Shown in pieces: positions 25,013 through 36,249 of a stretch of 64,000 nucleotides of DNA. This DNA is from an uncultured Pseudohongiella sp. GTDB lineage: Bacteria > Pseudomonadota > Gammaproteobacteria > Pseudomonadales > Pseudohongiellaceae. Position 1 is the first letter of the stretch. Each line of letters opens with the position of its first letter. The notes under the pieces are model-generated. The model was not told the DNA's origin and searched no databases. It worked only from the letters and a program-made list of their open reading frames with translations. The position numbers were made by a program, and so were the translations under genes. The stretch spans positions 4,939 through 68,938 of the forward strand of contig CAYOND010000015.1 of the NCBI GenBank assembly GCA_964405225.1. Direction: 5' to 3'.

Positions 25013-27088
25013 TCAGTTTTGGTGCAAGTGAGAAATATCGGCAGCGTGCAAAAACAAATTGCGTAGCTGCTGTAACAACGCCAGACGATTTGCGCGAACC
25101 TTTTCGTCGTCGCACATCACCATGACTTCGTCAAAAAATGTATCGACACTATCCTTCAAACCCGCCAAGCCGGCCAGCCCTTCAGTATATGAACGTTTGC
25201 CAAACAGCCTTTCAGCCTTTGGTTGTTGGGCTGTGACGGCTTCATAGAGCGCCTTTTCCGCTGCTTCGCTGAGGAGGTTGGAATCAACCGCACTGGCAAT
25301 GGCGCCAGCCTGCTTATCAAGGATATTCGAAACGCGCTTGTTGGCTGCCGCGAGTGAAGCGGCCTCCGGCAGACCGGCAAACTTTTGCACCGCCTTGATG
25401 CGTTGATGAAAGTCCAGGGGCCGTACCGGTTTAACGGCCTGCACAGACAGAAAAACCTCCACCGGGATTTTTTCTTCCTGATACCAGGCGCGGAAGCGTT
25501 CCAGCATGAAATCAAAAATCTGTGTTGCCACGCCATCGGCAATTTTCAGATCGGTGAATTCGGCCAGGGCGCGTTTTATCACCGCCTCCAGATCCAAATC
25601 CAGTTGCTTCTCTACCAGAATACGCAGGACACCAATAGCTGCGCGACGCAACGCAAATGGGTCCTTCGAGCCAGTCGGTGGTTGTCCAATGGCAAACAGG
25701 CCAGCAATGGTGTCGAGTTTTTCCGCCAGGGCGAGCACACTTCCCACGGGAGTGGCTGGCAACTGGTCGCCGGCAAAGCGAGGCAGGTACTGTTCCGGAA
25801 TGGCCTTTACAACTTCGATTGGCTCTCCGTCATGTTCAGCATAATAGGCGCCCATGAGGCCTTGTAGATCAGCGAATTCACCAACCATATTGGTCACAAG
25901 ATCACACTTGGCCAGTAACGCCGCGCGCTGACAGTATTCTGATGGAATGCCAAGTTCCTCAGCGATATATGTCGCGAGCTTGCTGACGCGTTCAGACTTG
26001 GCGTAGACACTGCCGAGCTTGTCCTGGAACACAATGGACTTGAGCTTTTCCAGCCGCGATGCCAGTGGCTGCTGCCGGTCGGTGTCGTAGAAGAATTGCG
26101 CATCCGCCAAGCGGGGACGAATCACGCGCTCGTTGCCCTCAACTACCTGACCAGGATCATTGCTCATCAAATTACTGATAGTGATGAAATAAGGTTTGAG
26201 TTTGCCATCAGCGTCAGTCAGGCAGAAGCATTTCTGGTGCGATTTCATGGCGAGTATCAGTGCTTCAGCAGGAACTGATAAAAAGCTCTCATCAAATTTA
26301 CCTGTAAGCGCTACCGGCAGTTCGACCAGGCTCGTGACTTCATTCAGCAAATCTTCATCTATTTCTACTTCAGCATTAATTGCAGCCGCCGCATCAAGGA
26401 CCTGTTGCCGGATAAGTTCGCGGCGCTTGTTGAAGTCTGGTATGACTTTGCCGTCATTCTCAAGCACTTGTTCATAATCGGTGGGCTCGCTTAACGCCAG
26501 TTCGACATTATTGTGAAATCGGTGCCCTCCGGTCTTGTTCCCGCTTTGAATACCAAGAATTGTTGCCGGAACAACTTCCGAACCCAGCAGCATAACTACC
26601 CAATGTACTGGTCGTACAAACTCTTCTCGTGTGCTACCCCAGCGCATACGTTTTGGAATAGGTAGTTTATTAAGCGAATTGTTAACAATATCAGGCAAAA
26701 TTCCAATACTTTGCTGGCCCTTGATTGATATCGTATAGGAAAGTTTGGTGACACCTTCTATATCCACTTCGGTTAGTTGCTCAACATCAACTCCGCAAGA
26801 ACGGGCAAAGCCTTCAGCAGCTTTAGTTGGTTTTCCTTCCGAGTCAAATGCCGCTTTTACTGCAGGTCCTACTTTTTGGTGAGTGCTGTCATTCTGCTTT
26901 GTCTGCAAATCACGGACGAGTACAGCGATACGCCGCGGAGTGGCAAATGACGCGATGTCTCCATGGCTAAGCCCGGCGCGTTGAAGCTCGGCAATCACAC
27001 CCTCAGTGAAGGCATTGGACAATGAGAGTAATGCCTTGGGTGGCAATTCCTCGGTGCCGATCTCTACAAGAAAGTTTTCACTGGACAT
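25013..27088 (-). CDS. glyS: Glycyl-tRNA synthetase beta subunit
   Basis: 691 aa with N-terminus FLVEIGTEELPPK. Immediately downstream of glyQ. Confidence 0.96.
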   Translation of the reverse strand: MSSENFLVEIGTEELPPKALLSLSNAFTEGVIAELQRAGLSHGDIASFATPRRIAVLVRDLQTKQNDSTHQKVGPAVKAAFDSEGKPTKAAEGFARSCGVDVEQLTEVDIEGVTKLSYTISIKGQQSIGILPDIVNNSLNKLPIPKRMRWGSTREEFVRPVHWVVMLLGSEVVPATILGIQSGNKTGGHRFHNNVELALSEPTDYEQVLENDGKVIPDFNKRRELIRQQVLDAAAAINAEVEIDEDLLNEVTSLVELPVALTGKFDESFLSVPAEALILAMKSHQKCFCLTDADGKLKPYFITISNLMSNDPGQVVEGNERVIRPRLADAQFFYDTDRQQPLASRLEKLKSIVFQDKLGSVYAKSERVSKLATYIAEELGIPSEYCQRAALLAKCDLVTNMVGEFADLQGLMGAYYAEHDGEPIEVVKAIPEQYLPRFAGDQLPATPVGSVLALAEKLDTIAGLFAIGQPPTGSKDPFALRRAAIGVLRILVEKQLDLDLEAVIKRALAEFTDLKIADGVATQIFDFMLERFRAWYQEEKIPVEVFLSVQAVKPVRPLDFHQRIKAVQKFAGLPEAASLAAANKRVSNILDKQAGAIASAVDSNLLSEAAEKALYEAVTAQQPKAERLFGKRSYTEGLAGLAGLKDSVDTFFDEVMVMCDDEKVRANRLALLQQLRNLFLHAADISHLHQN

Positions 27089-27090
27089 TT

Positions 27091-28062
27091 TTATTTCTCA
27101 TCCAGATATTCTTTGCGCAGGGCTTCAGGGGCCAGGGGAAATCCCAGCGCCTTGCGACTGTCATAGTAGGCAGTCGCAACAGCTCGAGCCAGAGTGCGAA
27201 CGCGCAGGATAAAGCGCTGTCGCTCAGTGACAGAAATTGCTTTACGGGCATCGAGTAAATTGAAGTAGTGTGAAGCTTTGAGCACTTGCTCGTACGCAGG
27301 CAGCGCAAGATTGTTTTCAATCAGTGTCTTGCATTGCGCTTCGCAGTCATCGAAGTATTGAAACAATTTGTCTACCGGCGCATGTTCAAAATTATAGGCA
27401 GACATCTCTACTTCATTTTGTTTGTAGACATCACCATAGGTCACAGTACCCGAAGGCCCTTCAGACCAGACAATGTCATAAATGCTGTCGACGCCCTGTA
27501 AATACATGGCGATACGTTCTATCCCGTAGGTGATCTCGCCACTTACAGGGTGACATTCGAGTCCGCCGACCTGTTGGAAATAAGTAAACTGCGTGACCTC
27601 CATGCCGTTGAGCCATACTTCCCAACCCAATCCCCAGGCGCCCAAGGTTGGCGACTCCCAGTTGTCTTCAACAAAGCGCACGTCGTGAATGGACATGTCG
27701 ATGCCGAGGCTGGCCAGTGATTCCAGATAAAGCTCCTGAATATTATCCGGCGAAGGCTTCAGAATGACCTGGAACTGGTAATAGTGCTGCAGGCGATTGG
27801 GGTTTTCCCCATAACGCCCATCAGTAGGCCGGCGACAAGGCTGTACATAGGCCGTGTTCCAGGATTCAGGACCGATAGAGCGCAGAAACGTTGCCGGGTG
27901 AAAGGTGCCGGCACCGACCTCGATGTCCAGCGGCTGCATAATGACGCAACCCTGTTTTGCCCAGAAATGTTGTAATGCGAGTATGAGTCCCTGAAAAGTC
28001 TTCAGGTCAGCAGATGTGTTCACGGCACAGGCCAAATAGTTCAGAAAATCAAAGGGCTGCAA
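27091..28062 (-). CDS. glyQ: Glycyl-tRNA synthetase alpha subunit
   Basis: Highly conserved sequence ([18 protein letters not shown].., [16 protein letters not shown]). The ORF-track start is a TTG directly after an in-frame stop. A GTG at 28023 ([13 protein letters not shown]...) would give a more typical N-terminal length. Confidence 0.95.
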   Translation of the reverse strand: MQPFDFLNYLACAVNTSADLKTFQGLILALQHFWAKQGCVIMQPLDIEVGAGTFHPATFLRSIGPESWNTAYVQPCRRPTDGRYGENPNRLQHYYQFQVILKPSPDNIQELYLESLASLGIDMSIHDVRFVEDNWESPTLGAWGLGWEVWLNGMEVTQFTYFQQVGGLECHPVSGEITYGIERIAMYLQGVDSIYDIVWSEGPSGTVTYGDVYKQNEVEMSAYNFEHAPVDKLFQYFDDCEAQCKTLIENNLALPAYEQVLKASHYFNLLDARKAISVTERQRFILRVRTLARAVATAYYDSRKALGFPLAPEALRKEYLDEK

Positions 28063-28409
28063 TTATCCTTGATTATTCCGGCTGAATCTACCGGCATGCC
28101 ATTTAAGATCGTGCTCGAGCACACCTACCAGTGTATGCGTATTGCTATTATGGGCCCTGACGCAGCGAATGGAATCGAGCGCTGTGGAAAACAACCTCGC
28201 GCTTGATCCCATTCCAAAGTGTGCGCCAAACATGGCTTTATGGTGCTATGCACTAGCCAGATTGCGCCAGTAAGTCTGAATTGAATTCAGCAATTCATCC
28301 TTTGGCAGGTCGCACCGGGCATGATTGTCACTAAAGAGAGATTATGCTTCCATCTAACTCGAAGCATTAAGCCAATCGCCAGACTCGGCGCGACAGGATC
28401 TTTCAAACA

Positions 28410-29288
28410 TTGACCTACTTCTTTTTTCGGGCCTTTCTGCAAATATGCGCCTGGTTACCTCTGCCATTGCTGCATGGGTTGGGCACCTTATGGGGGTTTT
28501 TACTCTCAGTAGTGCCTAATCGCGCCCGGCAAACCACGCGCATCAACCTCGATCTGTGTTTTCCGGAACTGGATCCTGCTGCGCGCAGTCGGCTCTGTCG
28601 CGAGAGTTTGCAGCAAACTGCCTGCACTGCGCTGGAAATGGGCAAAGCCTGGCTGCTTCCCATGGCGAAAACCCTCAAATACGTCAAAGCCACTGAAGGT
28701 GACAGCGAGTTTTCCGCCGCACTGGCAGCCGGGGAACCCGTGATCGTGTTGGCCCCGCATCTGGGTAATTGGGAGGTGTTTGGGTTTTATGTCAGCAAGA
28801 ATATTCCGAGTACATGGCTCTACCAGCCACCACGCCAGCCTGCTATTGATCAGCTTCTGTTACAAACCCGATCACGGTCCGGAATACACCTGGCACCTAC
28901 CAATCGTCAGGGCGTAAGCATGTTACTCAAGGCGCTGCAGCGCTGCGAACTGGTTGGAGTGTTACCAGACCAGGTACCCACAGAGGATGGCGGTGTGTAT
29001 GCGCCCTTTTTTGGCAAGCCGGCACTTACGATGTCCCTGATAAGTCGGTTAATAAAAGGCAGGCAGGTGAAGGTATATTGTGGCTGTGCCGAGAGGCTAA
29101 CCGGAGGTCGCGGATTCAGGATTCATATCAGGCGCGTGAACGACGAACTGTATTCTGATGATCTGGAAACGTCAGTTGCTGCACTCAATGCCAGTGTTGA
29201 AGCATTGGTGCGGGAACTTCCGGCGCAATACCAGTGGGAATACAAACGCTTTCGGCGCATGCCCGATGGCAAGAAAATATATAAATAG
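28410..29288 (+). CDS. Lipid A biosynthesis lauroyl/myristoyl acyltransferase family (LpxL/HtrB-like)
   Basis: 292 aa with a TTG start, an N-terminal TM, INLDLCFPELD and APHLGNWE (an HX4E/D acyltransferase block) typical of the LpxL/LpxM family. Confidence 0.8.
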   Translation: MTYFFFRAFLQICAWLPLPLLHGLGTLWGFLLSVVPNRARQTTRINLDLCFPELDPAARSRLCRESLQQTACTALEMGKAWLLPMAKTLKYVKATEGDSEFSAALAAGEPVIVLAPHLGNWEVFGFYVSKNIPSTWLYQPPRQPAIDQLLLQTRSRSGIHLAPTNRQGVSMLLKALQRCELVGVLPDQVPTEDGGVYAPFFGKPALTMSLISRLIKGRQVKVYCGCAERLTGGRGFRIHIRRVNDELYSDDLETSVAALNASVEALVRELPAQYQWEYKRFRRMPDGKKIYK

Positions 29289-29303
29289 CAGACGGTGTTG
29301 AGC

Positions 29304-30758
29304 TTAACGCTTCCAGAACATGGGAGTGAACAGCACCAACAGTGTGAACACCTCGAGACGCCCCAGCAGCATGGCAAAACAAAGAATCCATTTGGCAGCA
29401 CCAGGCAGATCGCCATAAGTCTGCGCCACGTTGGCCAGCCCTGGCCCCAGGTTATTAATACATGCCCCAACGGCACTAAATGCTGTGATGATATCCAGGC
29501 CGGTTGCCAATAATGCCAGCAACATCACCATAAAAACCATGACATAGACGGCGAAGAAACCCCACACTGATTCAATAATACGATCCGGTACCGGATTGCG
29601 TCCCAACTTGATAGGAATGACAGCCTTGGGATGAATGAGTCGCTGCACCTCGCGAAAACCCTGCTTGAAAATCAGCAATATGCGAATCACTTTCATACCG
29701 CCACCGGTGGATCCGGCACAGGCACCTATGATGGCTGCATAGAGCAACATGTAAGGCAGGAACAATGGCCATGCACTGAAGTCAGCGGTTGTAAATCCGG
29801 TAGTTGTGGCAATGGACACCACCTGGAACAGACCCTTGATAAATGCATCCGAGATTGCTGTATAAGTGCCGGAAAAATACAGAATGGTAATTGTCAGTAC
29901 GGAAACGCTGCCGAGAATGAAAGTGTAAAACAGGAACTCGGGATCAACGAGGTAATGCTGGATTTTGCGACTCTGCCAGGCGGTGAAATGCAGCGCGAAA
30001 TTGATACCGGCAATAAACATGAATATAACGGCAATCAATTCGATTGCCGGGCTATTGAAGTAGCCTATGCTCGCATCGTGTGTAGAAAAACCCCCGATCG
30101 CCACGGTAGTAAAGCTGTGGCTAATGGCATCAAACAGATCCATCCCGGCCAACCAGTATGCCAATCCACAGGCAATGGTGAGAGAGAGATAAATGTACCA
30201 AAGCGCCTTGGCAGTTTCGGCCAGACGCGGCACAAGTTTGTTGTCTTTGACTGGGCCGGGACTTTCCGCACGGTAAAGTTGCATGCCCCCGATACCCAGC
30301 ATGGGCAGTAGCGCCATCGCCAATACGATAATACCCATACCGCCCAGCCACTGTAGCTGCTGCCGGTAAAACAACAGGGATTTGGGCAGGCCATCAAGCC
30401 CGGAAATCACTGTCGCGCCAGTAGTAGTAAGACCTGACAACGATTCGAATACGGCGTCTGTAAAGGACAGGTTTACCTGGCTGGACATGATAAAAGGCAA
30501 GCAACCCGCGGTGCCGAGAACGGCCCAGAACAATGTAACTATGAGAAAACCGTCTTTGGTGCTGAGTTCTTTGCTGGCGCGTACGGTCGCCAACCACAAG
30601 AGCAAGCCAATACAAAAAAGAATCAGGAAGGAGTTGCGGAATGCATTGAACATACCGTCGTCATAGATCAGCGAAACCAGCATGGGAGGCAGATTACCCA
30701 GTGCGCTGAAGAGCATGAGCAACAGGCCAAGTATCTTGACGATGACGGAGGCGTGCAT
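29304..30758 (-). CDS. trkH: Trk-type potassium uptake protein TrkH
   Basis: 484 aa polytopic membrane protein with repeated selectivity-filter-like TTTG/GGFS segments. Downstream of trkA. Confidence 0.92.
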   Translation of the reverse strand: MHASVIVKILGLLLMLFSALGNLPPMLVSLIYDDGMFNAFRNSFLILFCIGLLLWLATVRASKELSTKDGFLIVTLFWAVLGTAGCLPFIMSSQVNLSFTDAVFESLSGLTTTGATVISGLDGLPKSLLFYRQQLQWLGGMGIIVLAMALLPMLGIGGMQLYRAESPGPVKDNKLVPRLAETAKALWYIYLSLTIACGLAYWLAGMDLFDAISHSFTTVAIGGFSTHDASIGYFNSPAIELIAVIFMFIAGINFALHFTAWQSRKIQHYLVDPEFLFYTFILGSVSVLTITILYFSGTYTAISDAFIKGLFQVVSIATTTGFTTADFSAWPLFLPYMLLYAAIIGACAGSTGGGMKVIRILLIFKQGFREVQRLIHPKAVIPIKLGRNPVPDRIIESVWGFFAVYVMVFMVMLLALLATGLDIITAFSAVGACINNLGPGLANVAQTYGDLPGAAKWILCFAMLLGRLEVFTLLVLFTPMFWKR

Positions 30759-30763
30759 AGGCG

Positions 30764-32137
30764 TTAGAAGAAGCTGAAGCCGACCTGGAACAAGCGTTCA
30801 ACCTCCGGTATCTGTTTACGATCTACAAGGAATAGAATCACGTGGTCGTCGGTCTCAACTACTGTGTCATCGTGGGCAATCAGCACTTCGTCATTGCGCA
30901 CGATGGCGCCGATAGTAGTTCCTTCCGGTAACGCGATATCTTGTATGGCGCGGCCCACTACTTTTGAAGATGATTCATCACCATGGGCAATAGCTTCCAT
31001 AGCCTCGGCTGCACCTCGACGCAATGAGTGTACGTTGACCACATCACCACGACGCACATGGGCTAACAAGCTGCCTATGGTTGCTTGTTGTGGTGATATG
31101 GCTATGTCGATTTCACCACCCTGCACAAGGTCCACATAAGCGGCGTTATTAATCAGCGCCATAACTTTTTTTGCACCAAGGCGTTTGGCCAACAACGATG
31201 ACATAATGTTTGCCTCATCGTCATTGGTCAGTGCCAGAAAGACATCCGTATCCTCAATGTTCTCATCAATCAACAGCTCACGATGCGAAGACTCACCGTT
31301 GAGCACGATGGCGCGAGTGAGTTGTTGCGAGAGATACTCACAACGCTCAGGGTTGTGCTCGATAATCTTGACCTGATAGCGTTTTTCAATCGATTCGGCC
31401 AGGCGCATACCAATATTGCCACCACCGGCAATCATGATTCTTTTATAGGGACGGTCCATACGGCGCAGTTCGCTGATACAGGCGCGAATGTTATTACGTG
31501 CCGCAACGAAGAAGACTTCGTCATCGGCTTCGATAACAGTTGAACCTTCAGGAATAATTGGACGGTCTTTACGAAATATTGCTGCAACGCGCGTTTCGAC
31601 CGAAGGCATGTGTTGCCTTAGCAGCCTGATCTCCTGCCCGACAAGTGGACCGCCGTAATACGCCTTCACTGCAACCAGCTGCACCTTGCCATCCGCAAAA
31701 TCGAGAACCTGTAACGAACCGGGCAGGTCAATCAAGCGGCTAATATAATCTGAAACTATAAGTTCAGGACTAATAACCACGTCAACAGCGATACCATTCT
31801 TACCAAACAGTTCACTACTGACCAGGTACGCCGAAGAGCGAATACGGCAAATCTTTTTCGGAGTTTGGAAAAGTGAGTAGGCCACCCGGCAAGCGACCAT
31901 ATTGATCTCATCGCTTTCGGTGACCGCGATAATCATGTCGGCATCTTCGCCGCCTGCTTGTTTGAGAATATCGGGATGAGACGCCTGACCTGGTATGGTG
32001 CCAATGTCGATTCGGTCCTTGAGCTCACGCAGGCGCTCAGCATCCTGGTCAACGACGGTGATGTCGTTGGCTTCACTGGCCAGTGTTTCCGCCAGTGTGC
32101 TCCCTACCTGGTTAGCTCCCAGGATAATAATCTTCAT
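30764..32137 (-). CDS. trkA: Trk system potassium uptake protein TrkA (tandem RCK/NAD-binding domains)
   Basis: 457 aa with two Rossmann motifs ([16 protein letters not shown] and [14 protein letters not shown]). Confidence 0.93.
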   Translation of the reverse strand: MKIIILGANQVGSTLAETLASEANDITVVDQDAERLRELKDRIDIGTIPGQASHPDILKQAGGEDADMIIAVTESDEINMVACRVAYSLFQTPKKICRIRSSAYLVSSELFGKNGIAVDVVISPELIVSDYISRLIDLPGSLQVLDFADGKVQLVAVKAYYGGPLVGQEIRLLRQHMPSVETRVAAIFRKDRPIIPEGSTVIEADDEVFFVAARNNIRACISELRRMDRPYKRIMIAGGGNIGMRLAESIEKRYQVKIIEHNPERCEYLSQQLTRAIVLNGESSHRELLIDENIEDTDVFLALTNDDEANIMSSLLAKRLGAKKVMALINNAAYVDLVQGGEIDIAISPQQATIGSLLAHVRRGDVVNVHSLRRGAAEAMEAIAHGDESSSKVVGRAIQDIALPEGTTIGAIVRNDEVLIAHDDTVVETDDHVILFLVDRKQIPEVERLFQVGFSFF

Positions 32138-32232
32138 GCAAAAATACTCTTGGAGCTGTACTGCTCATTTTATTGCGCCAATGATTGCGCTCTTGGGGTC
32201 AGGTGTCCCAACCGTGACCTGACGGCTGCTGT

Positions 32233-33528
32233 TCAGTCCTTGCGAAGTACGCAAAAGTAGAACCCATCGGGTTCACTGTAAGTCCCGGGCAGAAGTTGTT
32301 TTCCGTACTCACATTCTACTCCCCAATCGGCCGCTATGCGCTCATATTTAGCGTCAGCAGTGCGGCTGAGGAATTCGGCAATCTGGGTACTGTTTTCCTG
32401 CTGCAAAATGGAGCAGGTTGAGTACAGCAGCCGGCCTCCCGGCTTCAGGCAAGGCCAGAGCGAGGCCAGTAATTGCTGTTGTTGCTGGCAGCTTTTGGTA
32501 ACTGATTCGGAGGACAGCAACAACTTGATGTCAGGATGACGGCGAATGACTCCGGTGGCACTACAAGGCGCGTCCAGCAGAATGCGGTCGAACTGCTCAC
32601 CATCCCACCATGAATCTACATTACTGGCGTCTGCAACCTGCAGCTGAGCCGCCAGTTGCAGTCTGGCAAAGTTTTCGGAAATCTTCTCAAGCCGGGCTGA
32701 GTCGCTATCTAACGCCATGCATCGAGTTAGCGAGTGCTCACTTTCCAGAATATGACAGGTCTTGCCACCAGGGGCTGCGCAGGCATCAAGAACGCTCAGG
32801 CCCTGGCCAAGTTCGAGTAGCTGCGGCACGAGTTGCGAGGCTTCGTCTTGCACACTTACCAGCCCCTCCTGAAAACCTGGCAGGTTCCTCGTTTCGCAAG
32901 GCGCACGCAGATAAATGGCGGAAGGCGATAATTGCCCGGCCTGAGCTTCAAGACCGGCGGCGCTAAGTTTGGCGAGATAGTCGTTTCGTGAGCATTTGCC
33001 GAGATTGACACGGAGTGTCATGGGTGGCCGCAGATTGGAATGCTGATAGATTGATTTGGCATCAACCCCCCATTGCTGGTCGATTTGCTCGGCCAGCCAG
33101 ACCGGGAAGGACCCAGATCCCTCGCGCGCGTCTACAAACGCTTCCAATTCAGTTTTGTTACGGACGTAATTACGCAACACCGCATTCACCAGGCCGGTAG
33201 CCCATGGTTTGCCCAGTTGCTTGGCGCAGAGCACGGTTTCGTTGATCGCTGCATAATCCGGTACTGCCAGTTCCTTTAATTGATACAGCCCGACTACGAG
33301 CAGGCATTTGATATCCTGATCTTTATTTTTCAGTGGTCTTTGCAACAACTGTCTCAGCACTGCTTCCAAAGTAAAAAACCAGCGACAAGTGCCGTAACAG
33401 ATTTCTTGCAATAGAGGATATTCGGAATGATTACGCCAGGGTTGCAAAAGAGAGGTTAGTGAGCCGCGCTCTTCCAATAATTGAGTAATTATTCGTGTTG
33501 CTATCAACCTGACATTATCTGTGCTCAT
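32233..33528 (-). CDS. rsmB: 16S rRNA m5C967 methyltransferase RsmB (Sun)
   Basis: 431 aa with a NusB-like N-terminus and the SAM MTase core (DACAAPGGKT, LDAPCSATG, YSTCS). Sits in the fmt-rsmB-trkA arrangement. Confidence 0.9.
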   Translation of the reverse strand: MSTDNVRLIATRIITQLLEERGSLTSLLQPWRNHSEYPLLQEICYGTCRWFFTLEAVLRQLLQRPLKNKDQDIKCLLVVGLYQLKELAVPDYAAINETVLCAKQLGKPWATGLVNAVLRNYVRNKTELEAFVDAREGSGSFPVWLAEQIDQQWGVDAKSIYQHSNLRPPMTLRVNLGKCSRNDYLAKLSAAGLEAQAGQLSPSAIYLRAPCETRNLPGFQEGLVSVQDEASQLVPQLLELGQGLSVLDACAAPGGKTCHILESEHSLTRCMALDSDSARLEKISENFARLQLAAQLQVADASNVDSWWDGEQFDRILLDAPCSATGVIRRHPDIKLLLSSESVTKSCQQQQQLLASLWPCLKPGGRLLYSTCSILQQENSTQIAEFLSRTADAKYERIAADWGVECEYGKQLLPGTYSEPDGFYFCVLRKD

Positions 33529-34493
33529 CAGCTTGATTCCGGAGAATCAGTAAATTGTTTCCCGGGTTGTATTTCATTCGATTGAGAATTCAACATGTCC
33601 TTTACCGCTTTGATGTTTTTTCCCGGGAGCTGTACTTCTTTCACAAGCAACGCGCCTTCCCCACAAACTACTGAAAAACTGTCTTTAGTAACATCTACTA
33701 TAGTGCCAGGTTGCACATTAAAGTCACCGCTCGCTGTGGTAGCCAAAATAATTCTTATGCGATTACTGCCCAGATGAGTGTAGGCTGGGAATCTTCCTGT
33801 TCCGGCTCTCACTATGCGATTTATTTGGGTGGCTGATAATCTCCAGTCAATCAACGCCTCGGATTTATCTACTTTAGCCGCATAAGTACTGGCGGTATCA
33901 TCCTGTAGAGTTGCGCGCGACTGGTAGGTTTCGAGATCATCCAATACCTCCAGCAATGCCTCGATACCTGCAATCTGTATCTTTTTTTCGAGACTTACAC
34001 GGTCATCAGTATCGGCAATTTTGGTCTTGCGAGAAGCCAGCATCGCGCCGGTATCGAGCCCGGCATCCATTTGCATAATTGTGACACCTGACTCTTTATC
34101 GCCTGCAAGTATAGCACGCTCAATAGGCGCTGCTCCGCGCCATCGCGGTAAAAGAGACGCATGAACATTAATGCAGCCCTTGTCAGGAACAGCAAGAAAG
34201 CTGGCGGGAAGTATCAGCCCATAAGCCACAACAATTAATAAATCTGGTGCGAGGTCGGCAAATTGATTTACAACCTCGTCTGACTTCAGGCTTTGGGGTT
34301 GGAACAACGCAAGGTTGTGCTGCTCTGCTATCAGTTTGACCGGGCTGGGTTGTAACTTCTTACCTCTGCCAGCAGGACGGTCCGGTTGAGTGTAGACCCC
34401 TACGATATCATGCGTTGCATCATCAATGAGAGCAGAAAGATGGGCTGCAGCAAATTCGGGAGTGCCCGCAAAGCAAAGTCGGAGTTTTTGCAT
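33528..34493 (-). CDS. fmt: Methionyl-tRNA formyltransferase
   Basis: 321 aa with FAGTPEFA at the N-terminus and INVHASLLPRWRGAAPI. Confidence 0.95.
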   Translation of the reverse strand: MQKLRLCFAGTPEFAAAHLSALIDDATHDIVGVYTQPDRPAGRGKKLQPSPVKLIAEQHNLALFQPQSLKSDEVVNQFADLAPDLLIVVAYGLILPASFLAVPDKGCINVHASLLPRWRGAAPIERAILAGDKESGVTIMQMDAGLDTGAMLASRKTKIADTDDRVSLEKKIQIAGIEALLEVLDDLETYQSRATLQDDTASTYAAKVDKSEALIDWRLSATQINRIVRAGTGRFPAYTHLGSNRIRIILATTASGDFNVQPGTIVDVTKDSFSVVCGEGALLVKEVQLPGKNIKAVKDMLNSQSNEIQPGKQFTDSPESS

Positions 34494-34499
34494 GAATGG

Positions 34500-35006
34500 T
34501 CAGGCTGACTTACGGTGTTCTTTTTCGAGTTTGCTGCGGATGCGTTGTCTCTTGAGGGTGCTTATGTAGTCGACAAACAGCTTTCCGTCCAAATGATCAA
34601 TCTCGTGCTGAATACAAATGGCCAGCAAACCTTCGGCCTGCATTTCAAACCTTTCCCCTTTGATATCTTGCGCAGTAACCAGAATTACACCGGGTCGTTC
34701 AACGGCTTCATAGAAGCCGGGCACTGACAGGCAACCCTCCTCGTATTCATAGAGCTCGTCATCAATGACTTCGAAACCTGGATTAATAAAAACTAGAGGA
34801 CTATCTTTTGTTTCCGATACATCTATTACCAGAAGTCGTTTGTGTACATCGACCTGGGTAGCGGCAAGCCCGATGCCCTGTGCCTCGTACATGGTTTCGA
34901 GCATATCAGCCACGAGATTTTCGAGTGCGGCATCGAAGGTTGAGACAGGAGAAGCCACCGTGCGTAGTCTGGGATCTGGAAATTCCAGAATATCTAGGAT
35001 CGCCAT
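34500..35006 (-). CDS. def: Peptide deformylase
   Basis: 168 aa with all three motifs present: [17 protein letters not shown] and QHEIDHL. Confidence 0.96.
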   Translation of the reverse strand: MAILDILEFPDPRLRTVASPVSTFDAALENLVADMLETMYEAQGIGLAATQVDVHKRLLVIDVSETKDSPLVFINPGFEVIDDELYEYEEGCLSVPGFYEAVERPGVILVTAQDIKGERFEMQAEGLLAICIQHEIDHLDGKLFVDYISTLKRQRIRSKLEKEHRKSA

Positions 35007-35121
35007 GTGTAGGAAGTACCTGAAATTTAAGGAATAAAAAGCTGCAGTATGTGAACTGCTTCTAGTGATAATTATAACGTATTGCTAAGATAGCGAGGCG
35101 TTTCTGTACGGAATATTTGCA

Positions 35122-36216
35122 ATGAATACTATGGGTTTAAAGCGCTTGGCGACTATCGCACTGTTATTGTGCGGTGTCTTTGGAATTAACCAGGGCGTGG
35201 CTCAGGGAGTTCTGTTACTGGATGACTATCCCGATTCCTATGTTGTGCAGGAAGGCGACACGATCGACGATATTGCTGCCCAATTCTTGCGAGATCCAAG
35301 TAGATGGGCCGATATCTGGCGCCCGGACGACTATCTGGATGACTCAGAGCTTATATTTCCAGGGGATACCTTACGCGTCAGCTTTGTCCGAGGTGCGCCG
35401 CGCGTATTGGTGCAACGTGGCGCCAGGCAAACAGTCCGTCTCAGTCCGCAAGTGCGTGAAGAGACGCTGAGCAGTGCGATTCCGGCTATTCCCCTTGAAG
35501 CGATTGAAAACAGTTTTACCCGAAATCGCATTATTACGCGCGATGGATATGACGCTGCCCCTTATATTGTGCAAAACGTCGGCAATAACCTGGCAATCGG
35601 CACTGGAGATGAGGTGTATGCCCGAGGCAACTGGCCAACCGGTACCAGTTCATTCGAGGTTTATCGCGAAGGCCGCCAGTTACGTGCTGAAAATGACGAA
35701 TCAACTGCCGTGATTGAAGCCGAATACCTGGGTTTTGCCACCATTGCTGAAACCTCCGATGACGGCATCAACAAGTTGCTAATCAACGCCAGTGCTAAGG
35801 AGATACGGGTTGGTGATCGCTTACTAATCAGAGAACAATCGAGCATCGGTGCAACTATATTTCCTACTGAACCGGCCTCTGATGTAAGCGGTGAGATCGT
35901 GGCGTTTCTGGATGCCCAGAACTATGCCTCTCAGTTGGACACTGTAGTAGTTGACCTGGGATTGGCTGACAATCTGGCAGTTGGCGACATCTTGTCAATC
36001 AGGAAGGACGGCGCAGAGGTAGTCGATGAAATAGAAGCCAGCAAGATGAGCTTCGGGGAACGCTTCCGTCACCTGTTTAATCCCAAAACTACTGAAATGC
36101 CAGATCAGGAAATCGGTACGCTTTTGGTCTATAAAACATTTGAAGACATGAGTTATGCCGTAATACTCAGTAGCTCTGAACCTGCGCAACTGATGAATCG
36201 CGTTACGAGCCCCTGA
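35122..36216 (+). CDS. LysM domain-containing periplasmic protein (TsaP-like)
   Basis: 364 aa with a signal peptide and a LysM motif (YVVQEGDTIDDIAAQF...IFPGDTLRV). It sits divergent from def and upstream of dprA, the conserved position of this family. Confidence 0.7.
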   Translation: MNTMGLKRLATIALLLCGVFGINQGVAQGVLLLDDYPDSYVVQEGDTIDDIAAQFLRDPSRWADIWRPDDYLDDSELIFPGDTLRVSFVRGAPRVLVQRGARQTVRLSPQVREETLSSAIPAIPLEAIENSFTRNRIITRDGYDAAPYIVQNVGNNLAIGTGDEVYARGNWPTGTSSFEVYREGRQLRAENDESTAVIEAEYLGFATIAETSDDGINKLLINASAKEIRVGDRLLIREQSSIGATIFPTEPASDVSGEIVAFLDAQNYASQLDTVVVDLGLADNLAVGDILSIRKDGAEVVDEIEASKMSFGERFRHLFNPKTTEMPDQEIGTLLVYKTFEDMSYAVILSSSEPAQLMNRVTSP

Positions 36217-36249
36217 ACCAGTCAACCCACCATAATTCAAGGATGATTT

